64,000 nucleotides of DNA from a virus. The notes beneath the pieces were generated by a model that was given only the letters and a program-made list of their open reading frames with translations, was not told the origin of the DNA and made no database searches. Shown here one piece after another: positions 17,653-27,200 of the stretch. Made by a program: the position numbers and the translations under genes. Numbering within the stretch: position 1 is the first letter of the stretch; each line of letters opens with the position of its first letter. Where the stretch lies: positions 2,232 to 66,231 of the IMG/VR virus record IMGVR_UViG_3300004151_000008. One strand, written 5' to 3'.

Positions 17653-17765
17653 CTTAAGCCGGACATTAAACACGCACAGAAGAGGAATTAGAATACTAAT
17701 TCTTATGAGGCTGTGAATAAATACTTAAAATTGTGAGGTATTTTTATGAGTCTGAGAATCAAACC
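17641..17765 (+). ncRNA. Putative TnpB omegaRNA scaffold plus flank-derived guide
   Basis: Stems gtcc(a)gg/ccggac, cacag/ctgtg enclosing gaattag-aata-ctaattc, and aaatactt/aggtattt; overlaps the tnpB 3' end as expected. Confidence 0.6.
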
Positions 17766-17922
17766 ACCGAATTTCATCAAGCATACCATTTGCAAGTCTG
17801 ATCTCGGCAGCAATGAAGTGGTCATTAGAGGTTTCAAAGTCCAACTTCCTTGGGTTGCTAAGAGCAGAGACTTAGGAAAAGTTGTTTATGTCAATCTAAA
17901 TAAAAGGAGACTAAGTAATTGA
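17746..17922 (+). CDS. 58-aa hypothetical protein (absent from the ORF track)
   Basis: GAGGT RBS; open frame; TTGA overlap with the next ORF. Confidence 0.5.
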   Translation: MSLRIKPPNFIKHTICKSDLGSNEVVIRGFKVQLPWVAKSRDLGKVVYVNLNKRRLSN

Positions 17923-18395
17923 TATACTGCATAAACCAACCATTAGAGGATTACAACTGCTTTGTTGATGGCGTTGAGATGGGGCTGTATCGTTCATACC
18001 GAGATCGCCCTGCGTTGTTAGCTGCTGTGATGCTGATGACGACAGCCCCATTTGAGTACGAGGTAGGGTCAACTATCCCCTGCAAAGACAGAATTGGCAG
18101 CATTGACCCTGCCTTCGAAGGCTACCTTGCAGATACTCTTATCACTTGCGTTGGTGGTAAGATGATCATTGGCCTGCTTGAGATGCTTGACCCTTATGCG
18201 TTCTATGAATATCTTATTGGCTTTGATCTGTCTCATCTACCTATTAGAAAGTTCTATGACACAGACCAGCAGCTTTTGCAGATTATTGGGGCGAGGGTAG
18301 GGGCTCATTATAATGATATGGATGGGCCTCTTGTAGATTTGGCAGAAGATATTCAACGACAAGTTAATGAAAGTAAACAGAGAGGTTATAAATGA
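17919..18395 (+). CDS. Hypothetical protein
   Basis: AAGGAG RBS before TTG start. Confidence 0.7.
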   Translation: MIYCINQPLEDYNCFVDGVEMGLYRSYRDRPALLAAVMLMTTAPFEYEVGSTIPCKDRIGSIDPAFEGYLADTLITCVGGKMIIGLLEMLDPYAFYEYLIGFDLSHLPIRKFYDTDQQLLQIIGARVGAHYNDMDGPLVDLAEDIQRQVNESKQRGYK

Positions 18396-18655
18396 CTGGC
18401 GAGTTTGATTTAAAGGGGAAGTTATCTACATGTTTTGCTGTAGTCTATGAGGATGATGGACCTAATGGGATTTGTGGTCAGAGTTGTTCAATAACAAACC
18501 CTTGGAAGAAGCTATACATTTTTGAGACAGAAGAAAGGATGAGGGAGTTCTTGCGTAATGTTGAGGAGAGCAAGTCAAGGAAAAATAGTCGGGTAAGTGG
18601 TTTGTTTTACCCAAGTGAGCTGGCTAGAAATGAGATAAACTTTATACCAAATTGA
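18392..18655 (+). CDS. Hypothetical protein
   Basis: GAGG RBS; flanked by 18-nt near-identical repeats. Confidence 0.6.
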   Translation: MTGEFDLKGKLSTCFAVVYEDDGPNGICGQSCSITNPWKKLYIFETEERMREFLRNVEESKSRKNSRVSGLFYPSELARNEINFIPN

Positions 18656-18665
18656 GAGGCTATAA

Positions 18666-18830
18666 ATGACTATGCACAGTATAGAAGAAGTTGAGAATAC
18701 TATGGAGTACTACGTTAAGATGCTTGAGAGAGTGGCATCAATTCAGAACTGTGTTTCTACCACTGAAGAGTTGAAAACCTATTACATTAAACAGATCAAC
18801 AAATGCCTGGAGGAATTGAATGGTAAGTAA
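18666..18830 (+). CDS. 54-aa hypothetical protein (absent from the ORF track)
   Basis: GAGG RBS; open frame overlapping the next start. Confidence 0.45.
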   Translation: MTMHSIEEVENTMEYYVKMLERVASIQNCVSTTEELKTYYIKQINKCLEELNGK

Positions 18831-19326
18831 ATTTCTGAGTGGGATTGAAGGAGCACAACACTTACTCGCTCAATCCCGTTACAACTTTAAAAGCTTTAAA
18901 CATACCCAGATTGTGAAGATCTGGCCTGGGCAGTATTTTGGTATCTATCGCTATGACGATGATGCTGTCAATCCAATCATCCTTGCTAAGACAAAGATCA
19001 TTAACATCGGCGCGGATGATAATGGAGTCAATGTTCAGATGATTGACTGCAAGACTAATGACCTCTATAGGTTTGGGCATGTACCAAGTCTTGCCTGTGG
19101 TTATGAGATTGGGGTTGGCGTACCTCAACGAGCATACATTGAACGGACTATCAAACAGATTGAGAACGGAGCTGTATACTATGGAGTATCAACAGGTATG
19201 CTGCTGATTCATCGTAGTGATCCAGACGACTGCGAAGCTGACGTTGACTACATCTCTGATTGGTTTCAACTTCGCCGCAAGTTTACTGACGACGCAGCGT
19301 TTCAGAAAGAAGCAGATAAATTTTGA
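18820..19326 (+). CDS. Hypothetical protein
   Basis: GGAGG RBS. Confidence 0.7.
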   Translation: MVSKFLSGIEGAQHLLAQSRYNFKSFKHTQIVKIWPGQYFGIYRYDDDAVNPIILAKTKIINIGADDNGVNVQMIDCKTNDLYRFGHVPSLACGYEIGVGVPQRAYIERTIKQIENGAVYYGVSTGMLLIHRSDPDDCEADVDYISDWFQLRRKFTDDAAFQKEADKF

Positions 19327-19336
19327 GGAACTTAAC

Positions 19337-19690
19337 ATGAAAACGATCATAGCAGGCTCTCGTACAGCTACGAGGTTCAAAGATCTTCTTACAGCAGTGA
19401 GCAGTTGCCCGTTTTTAGTTAGTGAGGTAATATCTGGGACTGCAAGGGGTGCAGATAGACTGGGGGAGAGATATGCTGCGGAGTTGGGCTTAAACTTGAT
19501 TAAATACCCGGCAGAGTGGGAGCGGTACGGCAAGTTCGCGGGGCACAAAAGAAATATGGAGATGGCTGAGGTTGCCGAGGCTCTGATCGCCTTGTGGGAT
19601 GGTGTGAGTAAAGGAACTGAGCACATGATAAGTGTGGCTAAGGCAAAGAATTTGTTGGTGCATATCCATATAATCAATACAGGTAACTAA
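19337..19690 (+). CDS. SLOG-superfamily (DUF2493/YspA-like) protein
   Basis: IIAGSR, VISG.ARGAD..G..YA, AG..RN..M, ALWDG.SKGT.HMI. Confidence 0.85.
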   Translation: MKTIIAGSRTATRFKDLLTAVSSCPFLVSEVISGTARGADRLGERYAAELGLNLIKYPAEWERYGKFAGHKRNMEMAEVAEALIALWDGVSKGTEHMISVAKAKNLLVHIHIINTGN

Positions 19691-19719
19691 TTGACTTTTA
19701 ATGCAACTGAGGTGACTGA

Positions 19720-19974
19720 ATGAAACTTTATTTTGTAGCAACCAAAGACGGCAGCAGTGACACTGAGCTTGAAATTTTCACTTCTCAGGTCAAACAACAA
19801 GCAGCGTTTAAGAAGAAGTACAAAGCAAACAAATCTAACGAGGAAGTGGCCGTGTTCATGTTTGGCCCTATTGACTTTGGTATGAACTCGAAGGGGATTA
19901 TTGAAGCGGTCGAGTTTGGCATCAAGTCTAAGGGCTTAAAAGAGGAAGATTTTGGGGAGGAAGATAATGCCTAA
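19720..19974 (+). CDS. Hypothetical protein
   Basis: GAGGT RBS. Confidence 0.6.
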   Translation: MKLYFVATKDGSSDTELEIFTSQVKQQAAFKKKYKANKSNEEVAVFMFGPIDFGMNSKGIIEAVEFGIKSKGLKEEDFGEEDNA

Positions 19975-20368
19975 TCCGGAATCGCTACTAAAAGAATGCG
20001 AAAAGAATGTAGTCAACACAGCAGTAGCTTTCGAGACTATTCTCAATGTCCTAGATGGGCTGAGAAACTTTGGAATGAGAGCTTGCAAAGATCATTTAGG
20101 TCGCCCAAAGTTCTTTGAAGGTCTTGAGTTGATGAGGCAGGGAGTTTATACTGAGTATGTAAATGCTCAGAGAAACTGCCTGCTGTTCGTTGGAGTTGGT
20201 GGAGAAGATGCAAAGGCTTACGCCAAGGAGAAGTTCATAGAACAGTTCAGTGGTAAGTACAACATCATGCAGTTTCTTGATCAGTGGGGGCATCGCCCCT
20301 CCTGCTTTGATTCTGTAACTGAAGAACAGCTGAAAGCCGAGGCTAAAGAGGCTATTGAAAAGCGTTAA
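19967..20368 (+). CDS. Hypothetical protein
   Basis: GGAGG RBS before ATG 19967. Confidence 0.65.
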   Translation: MPNPESLLKECEKNVVNTAVAFETILNVLDGLRNFGMRACKDHLGRPKFFEGLELMRQGVYTEYVNAQRNCLLFVGVGGEDAKAYAKEKFIEQFSGKYNIMQFLDQWGHRPSCFDSVTEEQLKAEAKEAIEKR

Positions 20369-21749
20369 AATTGTTGAGGAGGAGTTTACATTTCCGTATA
20401 CTCCTCACAACTATCAATATGATACAGTAAGCAGAGCAGCAGACAAGCAATGCGTGTTAATGATTGATAAAGTAGGGTTTGGTAAGTCAGTCATGTCCCT
20501 GTATTTAGGTCTTTTTCATGCTGTTGCTAATGATGTTGAGCAGATCATGGTACTGGCTCCTCCATCACTGCTTGATCAGACAGCTGAGTTCATCTCTTCT
20601 GTCAAAGGTATTGATGCGGTTACGGTCTATAGAGGCACACCTGCACAGCGCAAGAAGATAAACATTGAGAGTTCCCCTGTCTTCTTAATGTCCTATAACA
20701 TTTTTAGGTCAGACTTCAATCGAGTACAGAGAATTGGCAATAAAAGAAAGTTGTTTATTCTCGCTGACGAGTTATCGTTGAAGTCAATGGGGGCTACCTA
20801 CAAGAAACTAAAGATGCTGATGTATGGTAAGTTGAGGCTAACATTAGCAGATGAACCTAAACATTATCTCTGTGGAGCAAACGCAACTCCACTGTCTGGG
20901 CGTGAACAGATTTACAACTGGTGCTCGATATTTGATCATCGCCTCTATCCTAGTCATAGGTTGTTTGAGCTTGCTCATATAGAGAAGCTTGATTATTGGG
21001 GCAAGGTAGAGGAGTGGCGGGATGTTGAGCTGATGGACAACAACTTCAACAGCTTCTGTGTTGAGTCTCAGGGCGTTGATTTGGAGATACCTGAGTCAGT
21101 GTATACGGAAGTGCCTTACTCGCTTGAGAAGAATCATTTAGCCCTATACAGGGACATTGCTGAGGCTGAGTTCAAGTTGTTGCCTGAGAGCTTACATGAG
21201 CAAGCAGCAGAAGCTTATTTCTCTGTGTTGCAGAAAGTAGTGTTAGTACCAAAAGAATTTGGGCTTGATATTAAACCCCCCATTCTTGACATCATTGACA
21301 CATACCTGGACCAGCTAGATGAAGACGACAGTGTCATTATCTATACAAGGCATGTGTCTGTGAGTAAGATGTTGTCTGAATACTATGCTAACAGATGCGT
21401 CGCTTGCTTCGGCTCAGTAAGTAAAGAGAAGAAAGCTGAAGGATTGGTGAGATTCAAGAAAGGCGAAGCTAAGATTATGATCGCCAATATTGATAGCCTT
21501 GGTCTTGGGCATAACCTTCAGATTGCTAACCACACTATCTGCGCAGAGCTACCGTTCAGAAGTGACAGGATGACTCAGATGTGTGGTAGAACCGCAAGGC
21601 AGGGGCAGAAGAAAACTACTTTCTTTAGATTCCCTCTTGCCAAAGGAACTATACAAGGAGACATTTATAGACGATTACAAGACAATGATGAGGATTTGTT
21701 GAAGTTCAATCGGAATAAAAAATCATTGAAGGAGTTTGTGAAGATATGA
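20355..21749 (+). CDS. SF2 (SNF2-like) helicase
   Basis: DKVGFGKS, ILADE, ATP, GLGHNLQ, Q..GR..RQGQ. Confidence 0.85.
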   Translation: MKSVKIVEEEFTFPYTPHNYQYDTVSRAADKQCVLMIDKVGFGKSVMSLYLGLFHAVANDVEQIMVLAPPSLLDQTAEFISSVKGIDAVTVYRGTPAQRKKINIESSPVFLMSYNIFRSDFNRVQRIGNKRKLFILADELSLKSMGATYKKLKMLMYGKLRLTLADEPKHYLCGANATPLSGREQIYNWCSIFDHRLYPSHRLFELAHIEKLDYWGKVEEWRDVELMDNNFNSFCVESQGVDLEIPESVYTEVPYSLEKNHLALYRDIAEAEFKLLPESLHEQAAEAYFSVLQKVVLVPKEFGLDIKPPILDIIDTYLDQLDEDDSVIIYTRHVSVSKMLSEYYANRCVACFGSVSKEKKAEGLVRFKKGEAKIMIANIDSLGLGHNLQIANHTICAELPFRSDRMTQMCGRTARQGQKKTTFFRFPLAKGTIQGDIYRRLQDNDEDLLKFNRNKKSLKEFVKI

Positions 21750-21961
21750 AGATTAGTACAAGAGTTGATATTGATTTGAATGAGCTGGCTTACAGTGTTT
21801 ATGAAGGTTGCAGCGATGAAGAGTTGATTAACTTTATTCTTAGTCTTGATGACCGTGTTGCTGATGTAGAATTTTCTAAACAGTTGGTAGTAAAGCTGGT
21901 TCAGTGTTTGCGTAATGATGTTGGCAGTATTAAACTTAAAATTGATGGGGAGAAGTTTTGA
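21746..21961 (+). CDS. Hypothetical protein
   Basis: Overlap-coupled ORF. Confidence 0.55.
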   Translation: MKISTRVDIDLNELAYSVYEGCSDEELINFILSLDDRVADVEFSKQLVVKLVQCLRNDVGSIKLKIDGEKF

Positions 21962-22209
21962 TGATTCGCAATCCAACAGACGAACAGTGGAACAATGCAA
22001 CAGTCACAGTCATTACTCTTAATGGCGACGACTATTATAACAAAGATATTACAGATCAGCCGGTAAATGATACCTTTAATGTTATTTCTTTTTGGGAGGA
22101 TCAGAATACAATCACAGTCTACCCAATGTCCCAGGTTCAGTCTGTGACGTTTAACTTGGGGGTGATTGAAGTTGTGAAGGAACTTGAAGACGAGGTGGGG
22201 GATGAGTGA
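21958..22209 (+). CDS. Hypothetical protein
   Basis: Overlap-coupled ORF. Confidence 0.55.
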   Translation: MMIRNPTDEQWNNATVTVITLNGDDYYNKDITDQPVNDTFNVISFWEDQNTITVYPMSQVQSVTFNLGVIEVVKELEDEVGDE

Positions 22210-22372
22210 GACAAAGACGGTGACTATTTCTGCAGACCAGTATGAACAGCTTTTAGAAGACAGCTCGTGGTTATTGGCTCTAAGAGCAGCCGGGGTTGAC
22301 AGCTGGGATGGCTATGATTATGCTATGGAACTACTTCGTGAGTGGGAGGAGGAGGTTGGGGATGCTGATTGA
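22202..22372 (+). CDS. Small phage protein (L.AL.AAGVD.W.GY motif)
   Basis: GAGG RBS; motif common in small phage ORFs. Confidence 0.65.
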   Translation: MSETKTVTISADQYEQLLEDSSWLLALRAAGVDSWDGYDYAMELLREWEEEVGDAD

Positions 22373-22568
22373 AGTAATCCGAGAGAGGTATGGTAGGGTG
22401 GTTGTCTGGTCTGATGTTAGAGAAGCCACAGAGGATGAGGTAAACCAACTTATGAATTCTCCGTGTGACCATGCAAAGCAACCTAAGCAGTTAATTTATG
22501 ATGAATATGGATGGATGTATGATACAAGGTACTGTGCAGTTTGCAAGTGCCATTTGGGATACGTGTAA
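22362..22568 (+). CDS. Small Cys-containing hypothetical protein
   Basis: GGAGG RBS; CDH...CAVC. Confidence 0.55.
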   Translation: MLIEVIRERYGRVVVWSDVREATEDEVNQLMNSPCDHAKQPKQLIYDEYGWMYDTRYCAVCKCHLGYV

Positions 22569-22584
22569 TAAAACAGAAAACTGT

Positions 22585-22613
22585 TTGACAGAAGCAAATA
22601 AACGTAGTACAAG
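22585..22613 (+). promoter_or_regulatory. Sigma70-like promoter
   Basis: TTGACA-17-TACAAG; the 5' leader contains the hairpin atacgc-aacgg-gcgtat. Confidence 0.5.
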
Positions 22614-22667
22614 TAGTTCATACGCAACGGGCGTATTTAAACCTAAACCTAAATTTGGAGATTTATC

Positions 22668-23381
22668 ATGGCACTTATTAAGACCGGAACCGAGACTGCA
22701 ACCGTAACTGAGACTGAGAATGTAACCGAGACTGTGGCTGCTGAGACAAAAGATGTGGCTGTGAAAGAGACTGCGGCTGCGCCGGCTGTAGCATCCAAGC
22801 CTGGGTCATTTTGGTTGACTTCTCCTGCTATTCAGCAGATCGTTGACGAAGCAGATACTCAGACCTTTGATCGTATCGTTGGCTCTTCTGGCAACCTCAA
22901 ACTCTACAGCACCAACAAGTCTGTTGGCAACTGGATTACCTTCCAGGTGATGGCTGAGAAACGTAAACGCTCTGTGTCTCCGAATGGTCCACAGGGTGAT
23001 ACTGAGCAGAAACAATACTTTGCTGCAGCTTATGACAATCAGTTGTCGTCTCGTGGCAACGATATTGAAGAAGACCTTGCTATTGCCAAAGACGCTGGCT
23101 ATGACAAAGCAAAGTTGTCTGAGTATATTGACCTTTATGTCATGGTTACTGGTACGGCAGATGAAAGTGCTGACCTCGTCGGTGAGATCGTGACCATTCA
23201 GTTGGCAGCGGTTGCTAAGAGTGCTTGGATTTCTTTCAAGTCTGGCCTGCAGATCAAAGCTGAGATGGGTATGCTTAACCTCGGCAATGACGGCAAGCCC
23301 CCTGTACTTAAAGCTTTTGCCAAGGCCGAAACCAATCAGGCTCGGCAAGATTACACCACAATTAAGTTTGCGCTGGCGTAA
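22668..23381 (+). CDS. Replication-region protein, possibly ssDNA-binding or annealing
   Basis: Own promoter and GGAG RBS; low-complexity T/E/A-rich N-terminus; function inferred only from position. Confidence 0.5.
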   Translation: MALIKTGTETATVTETENVTETVAAETKDVAVKETAAAPAVASKPGSFWLTSPAIQQIVDEADTQTFDRIVGSSGNLKLYSTNKSVGNWITFQVMAEKRKRSVSPNGPQGDTEQKQYFAAAYDNQLSSRGNDIEEDLAIAKDAGYDKAKLSEYIDLYVMVTGTADESADLVGEIVTIQLAAVAKSAWISFKSGLQIKAEMGMLNLGNDGKPPVLKAFAKAETNQARQDYTTIKFALA

Positions 23382-23392
23382 TTGGTAAACGC

Positions 23393-23478
23393 GGAGGGTT
23401 GCCCGAATGGTAAGGGGCCGGTTTGCTAAACCGAGGCATAGGCAACTATAGAAGGATCGTAACCTTCACCCTCCGCCA
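23393..23478 (+). tRNA. tRNA-Ser(GCT)
   Basis: Acceptor ggagggt/accctcc, loop ttGCTaa, long variable arm, encoded CCA; T-loop ATCGTAA. Confidence 0.85.
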
Positions 23479-23491
23479 ATAAATAAAATAT

Positions 23492-23575
23492 GGACGTTTG
23501 ACAGAGTAGTAATGTGTCCGGCTGTAACCCGGAAGCCTCACAAGAGCGGTGGTGCAAATCCATCAGCGTCCACCA
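23492..23575 (+). tRNA. tRNA-Tyr(GTA)
   Basis: tccgg-ctGTAac-ccgga, long variable arm, CCA; T-loop TGCAAAT. Confidence 0.85.
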
Positions 23576-23596
23576 AATAATTTATATTGACAATGT

Positions 23597-23672
23597 GGTG
23601 ATTGTAGTTTAATGGTTAGAATCCCTGACTGTGAATCAGGGGAAGTTGGTTCGAATCCAACCTTTCACCCCA
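23597..23672 (+). tRNA. tRNA-His(GTG)
   Basis: cctga-ctGTGaa-tcagg; G-1:C73; TTCGAAT; CCA. Confidence 0.88.
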
Positions 23673-23673
23673 A

Positions 23674-23750
23674 GCTACTATAGCCCAATTGGCAGAGGCA
23701 CAAGGTTTAAGCCCTTGTAAGTGAAAGTTCAAATCTTTCTAGTAGCACCA
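23674..23750 (+). tRNA. tRNA-Leu(TAA), short variable loop
   Basis: gctacta/tagtagc; caagg-ttTAAgc-ccttg; A73-CCA. Confidence 0.85.
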
Positions 23751-23758
23751 AAATACAT

Positions 23759-23835
23759 CTACGTGTAAGTCAGTCTGGTAGACACCCCGACTTGGACTCG
23801 GGTAGCCGCAGGTTCAAATCCTGCCGCGTAGACCA
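23759..23835 (+). tRNA. tRNA-Pro(TGG)
   Basis: cccga-ctTGGac-tcggg; GGTTCAAATCC; CCA. Confidence 0.9.
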
Positions 23836-23836
23836 T

Positions 23837-23913
23837 GGCTCCATAGCCCAACTGGCAGAGGCAACAGGCTTAGACCCTGTTCAGTAAGTGTTCGAATCAC
23901 TTTGGAGCTACCA
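23837..23913 (+). tRNA. tRNA-Leu(TAG), short variable loop
   Basis: ggctcca/tggagct; acagg-ctTAGac-cctgt; A73-CCA. Confidence 0.85.
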
Positions 23914-23920
23914 AAATTCT

Positions 23921-24008
23921 GGAAGATTGGCAGAAATGGCAATTGCAGCAGTCTTGAAAACTGTAGTCTGGGCAACCAGTCGGGGTTCGAATCCCTGATC
24001 TTCCGCCA
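23921..24008 (+). tRNA. tRNA-Ser(TGA)
   Basis: gcagt-ctTGAaa-actgt, long variable arm, GGTTCGAATCC, G73-CCA. Confidence 0.9.
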
Positions 24009-24014
24009 AACCCT

Positions 24015-24049
24015 ATACCCCATTAACAATCTTGTTAATGGGGTATTTT
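24015..24049 (+). terminator. Intrinsic terminator after the tRNA cluster
   Basis: 14-bp stem ataccccattaaca-atct-tgttaatggggtat followed by Ts. Confidence 0.8.
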
Positions 24050-24064
24050 ACTATGGAGAAAACA

Positions 24065-24298
24065 ATGAAAGATGAATTACCTTGTGACGTTATAACCATT
24101 CTCTGTCCTAATTGTGACGAAGAGATTGAGCTGAGTATTGAAAAGGAAGAAGGCATTCCACAACTCTACGAGTACGGATTTGATGAAGTCCCAATTGAGC
24201 TTCTGATGTGTTTTCACGATGAGGAGATTGCTTGTGATGAATGCGGAAAGGTGTACAGGTTTAAGGTTAAAGGAAAGATTAAACTGAAGGGGGTGTGA
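24065..24298 (+). CDS. Zinc-ribbon protein
   Basis: CPNC...CDECG; GGAG RBS. Confidence 0.6.
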   Translation: MKDELPCDVITILCPNCDEEIELSIEKEEGIPQLYEYGFDEVPIELLMCFHDEEIACDECGKVYRFKVKGKIKLKGV

Positions 24299-24299
24299 G

Positions 24300-27200
24300 G
24301 TGAAGCTAATTGTTGATACAGCCTCAATACTCGGGAGGTTCATGCACACAACCGACCCCGAGTTTGGCATAGACATGGTTCATGATGGTAAGAAGTTTCA
24401 TATTCCTTCATTTGAAACCTGCATGGAAAGGGTAGAGGTTACGTTCGAGAAAACACTCAGAGAACAGAGTTTGAGATGGACTGATGTTATCCTTGTACTT
24501 GAGCAGAGTGGAACAGGGGCAGCAAGGAAGAAGATTTGCCCAACTTATAAAGCCAATCGGGAGTCAAGACCAAAAGAATTTTACAATGTTTTTAACCAGC
24601 TAGTGACAGAGTTCTCAGAGTTTGCTATGAGAAAAGGAGCAGTCACTGCGGTTTCTACGCAGATTCCCCAAGTTGAGGGGGACGATCTAGCGGCTGAGAT
24701 ATGCAAGAGGTTTCCAGAAACTATCTTATTTACTGGTGACAAAGACCTCCTTGCTGCAGAAGCCACACATCACCTGCTGTGGGATGAGCTTGACCCGGTT
24801 CGTTACCCTGCCCCTCGTGAGTTAATTGTCCTGTACCGTTGCCTAGTTACAGGTGATACAAGTGATGGGATCAAATCCTGTAAAGGTTTTGGAGAAAAGG
24901 CTTGGCTTGAACTAAAGCAGCTCATTGGATGGGAAGGTCTGCATGAGCTTGACAAAATGTTCCAAGAGAAGCGTCTTCATGAACTAGCTGAGGATGTTCC
25001 TCACATGAAGAAGTTGCAGTTGCTCATTGATCAAGCTGAAGACTTGTATATGTCCTATAAGTTGATGCAGCCAATGCACGTTCCGGCTCATAAGGTTCGC
25101 TGGTCTGCTCGGGTTACTGATTGCTCAAAAGTTCTTGTTACTGCGGAGAATTTTGAGAGGTGTAAGGGAGAGGTCATTGAGGAGCTGAGTCGTTGTAGTC
25201 ATGTGACTCTGGATTATGAGACTTCAACGCCCCCTGAGTCAGATGCTTGGGTTGAGCAGACTGATGGGGGTATTAAGGTCGATGTTATTTCTAGTGAAAT
25301 CACTGGCATGAGCTTGAAAATAAATGACTCAACATATTATTTCTCAGTAGACCACAGAAACACAGACAACATCAAACTCAAAGATCTTGAGAGTATTCTC
25401 CTGCTTATCAAAGATAAAGAGGTGTACGCTCAGAATTTATTGAATTTTGAGAACGTCGTCACACATAACACATTTGGATTCATGCTTGAGAATGCTTATG
25501 ATACTAGAATCATGGCAAACTATTGTTTTGAGAATGATTTTCAGGGACTAAAACACTTGTCTAAAGTACATCTCAACTATGATCAACAATCATACGAAAC
25601 AACACTTGCTAAAGCATCTGAGGAAAGCGGGTTTGAGTGTAAGAAGATGCGGGATATTACTGGCGATCAAGTACTAGCATATGCAATAGATGATGCTATT
25701 ACTACTGATTCTATTCGTAACCTTCTTCACTGTATTATGTTGTATGAAAATACTTGGGAAGTCTTTAAACAGGTTGAGCAAAAAGCAGGGCTAGTCACAT
25801 CACTAGCCTTTTGTAAGGGGGTTGATTTCGACTGGGATGTGTATTACAGACTGAAAGAAGAGAATGACGCTAACACTATCAGAGCAAAGGCTGAATTAGA
25901 GTCAATGCTGCTGGAGGTTGGTTGGGGCGAATTGGAATTTAAGCCGTTCCTTGTGCTTACGGGAAAGACGGTTAAAGAACTGTACCAGATGGTTATGGGG
26001 TATGAGTTAGAGACAAAAGCAAGATCAGTTGGCAGTGTTGTTGAAGCAATTGAGGAAATAATGGAAGGCAACTATCCATTAGAGATACCTGAAGCTGATG
26101 AGGACAATAAGAAGTTGTCCACTGTAATCTCAGCAGTCTCAGAAGGTATCGAGGCCGTCAATGCGTTGGCTGAGAAGTATTGGGTTCCAAGAGCGGAGTT
26201 GAATACACGTAGTCCAACTCAAGTCAAGACCCTTTTATACGACGTTTTAAACTGTCCCGTGAGAATCCGCAATCCAGCTACTGATGTTATGAGAAAGAAA
26301 GGTATCTGGGAAGGGAGTCCAAGTACTGATGATACAGCGATTGCTAATGCGATTGCTTATTTAGATACTCATAAAGATGGTATTGCAGTTTTACAGAAGT
26401 TGGTTGAATTAAAAGGGTACTTGACTAGAGAGTCACTATTCCTTGCAAAGTACCCACTGTTCTGTCATTGGAAGACTGGTAAACTTCATAGCAATATGTC
26501 CCAGTCAAACACCACCACGAGACGCTTCACGCACTCTGCCGCCAACTATGCCCAACTTTCCAAGAAGAAAGGTAAAGAAATGCGGGATATGCTTACAGTA
26601 CCTAAAGATTGGTCAATCGTGGCGTTGGACGAATCAGGGCAGGAATTGAGAGTCGCTGCATGGTCTACTAGAGAACCTAACTTTTTGTCATGCTATATGG
26701 GTACTCCTGAACAAAGGAGAGACGTTCATTCATTGGTAGGTTTGCAAATTATGCTAAGGGACTCAGACCCAAAATATAAAACATATGAAGACTTCAAAAA
26801 TGCTGTAGATGCTGAAGACCCGGATGCTAAAAGTTGTAGAGTAACTGGTAAGCTCGTTGGGTTTGCAACGCAGTATCTTTGCCGTGCGAAGAAACTGAGC
26901 CAAGAACTCTGTTGTAGTGAGAGGGATGCTCAAGAGTTTATGGAAGCTAAAGCTAAAGCTTTTCCTCGTCTTGGACCAGCAATTGATGAGTGGATTGAGC
27001 TATGTAGAAAGCGTGGGTACAGTGAGACGTTTCTTGGGGCAAGGCGACATCTTCATAAACAATTTGCTATGAAATCTGAAGGGGAACAAGCTTCAGCGGG
27101 TAGATTGGCCTGGAGCTTCAGGGTGCAAGGTAGTTCAGCTGAAATGATAAAGTTAGTAATGGGTTACTGTTGGGAGCGGGGACTAATTGATGAGCATTGC

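Larger units (their letters stand above)
16400..17745 (+). mobile_element. TnpA-less RHH-TnpB element (boundaries approximate)
   Basis: Own promoter, RHH, tnpB and structured 3' region; no transposase in the window. Confidence 0.6.

Noticed and set aside
23674-23913. tRNAs with TAA/TAG anticodons as stop-codon suppressors or a sign of recoding
   Set aside because: Anticodons TAA and TAG read UUA and CUA (Leu). Long genes here end at standard stops without internal breaks.
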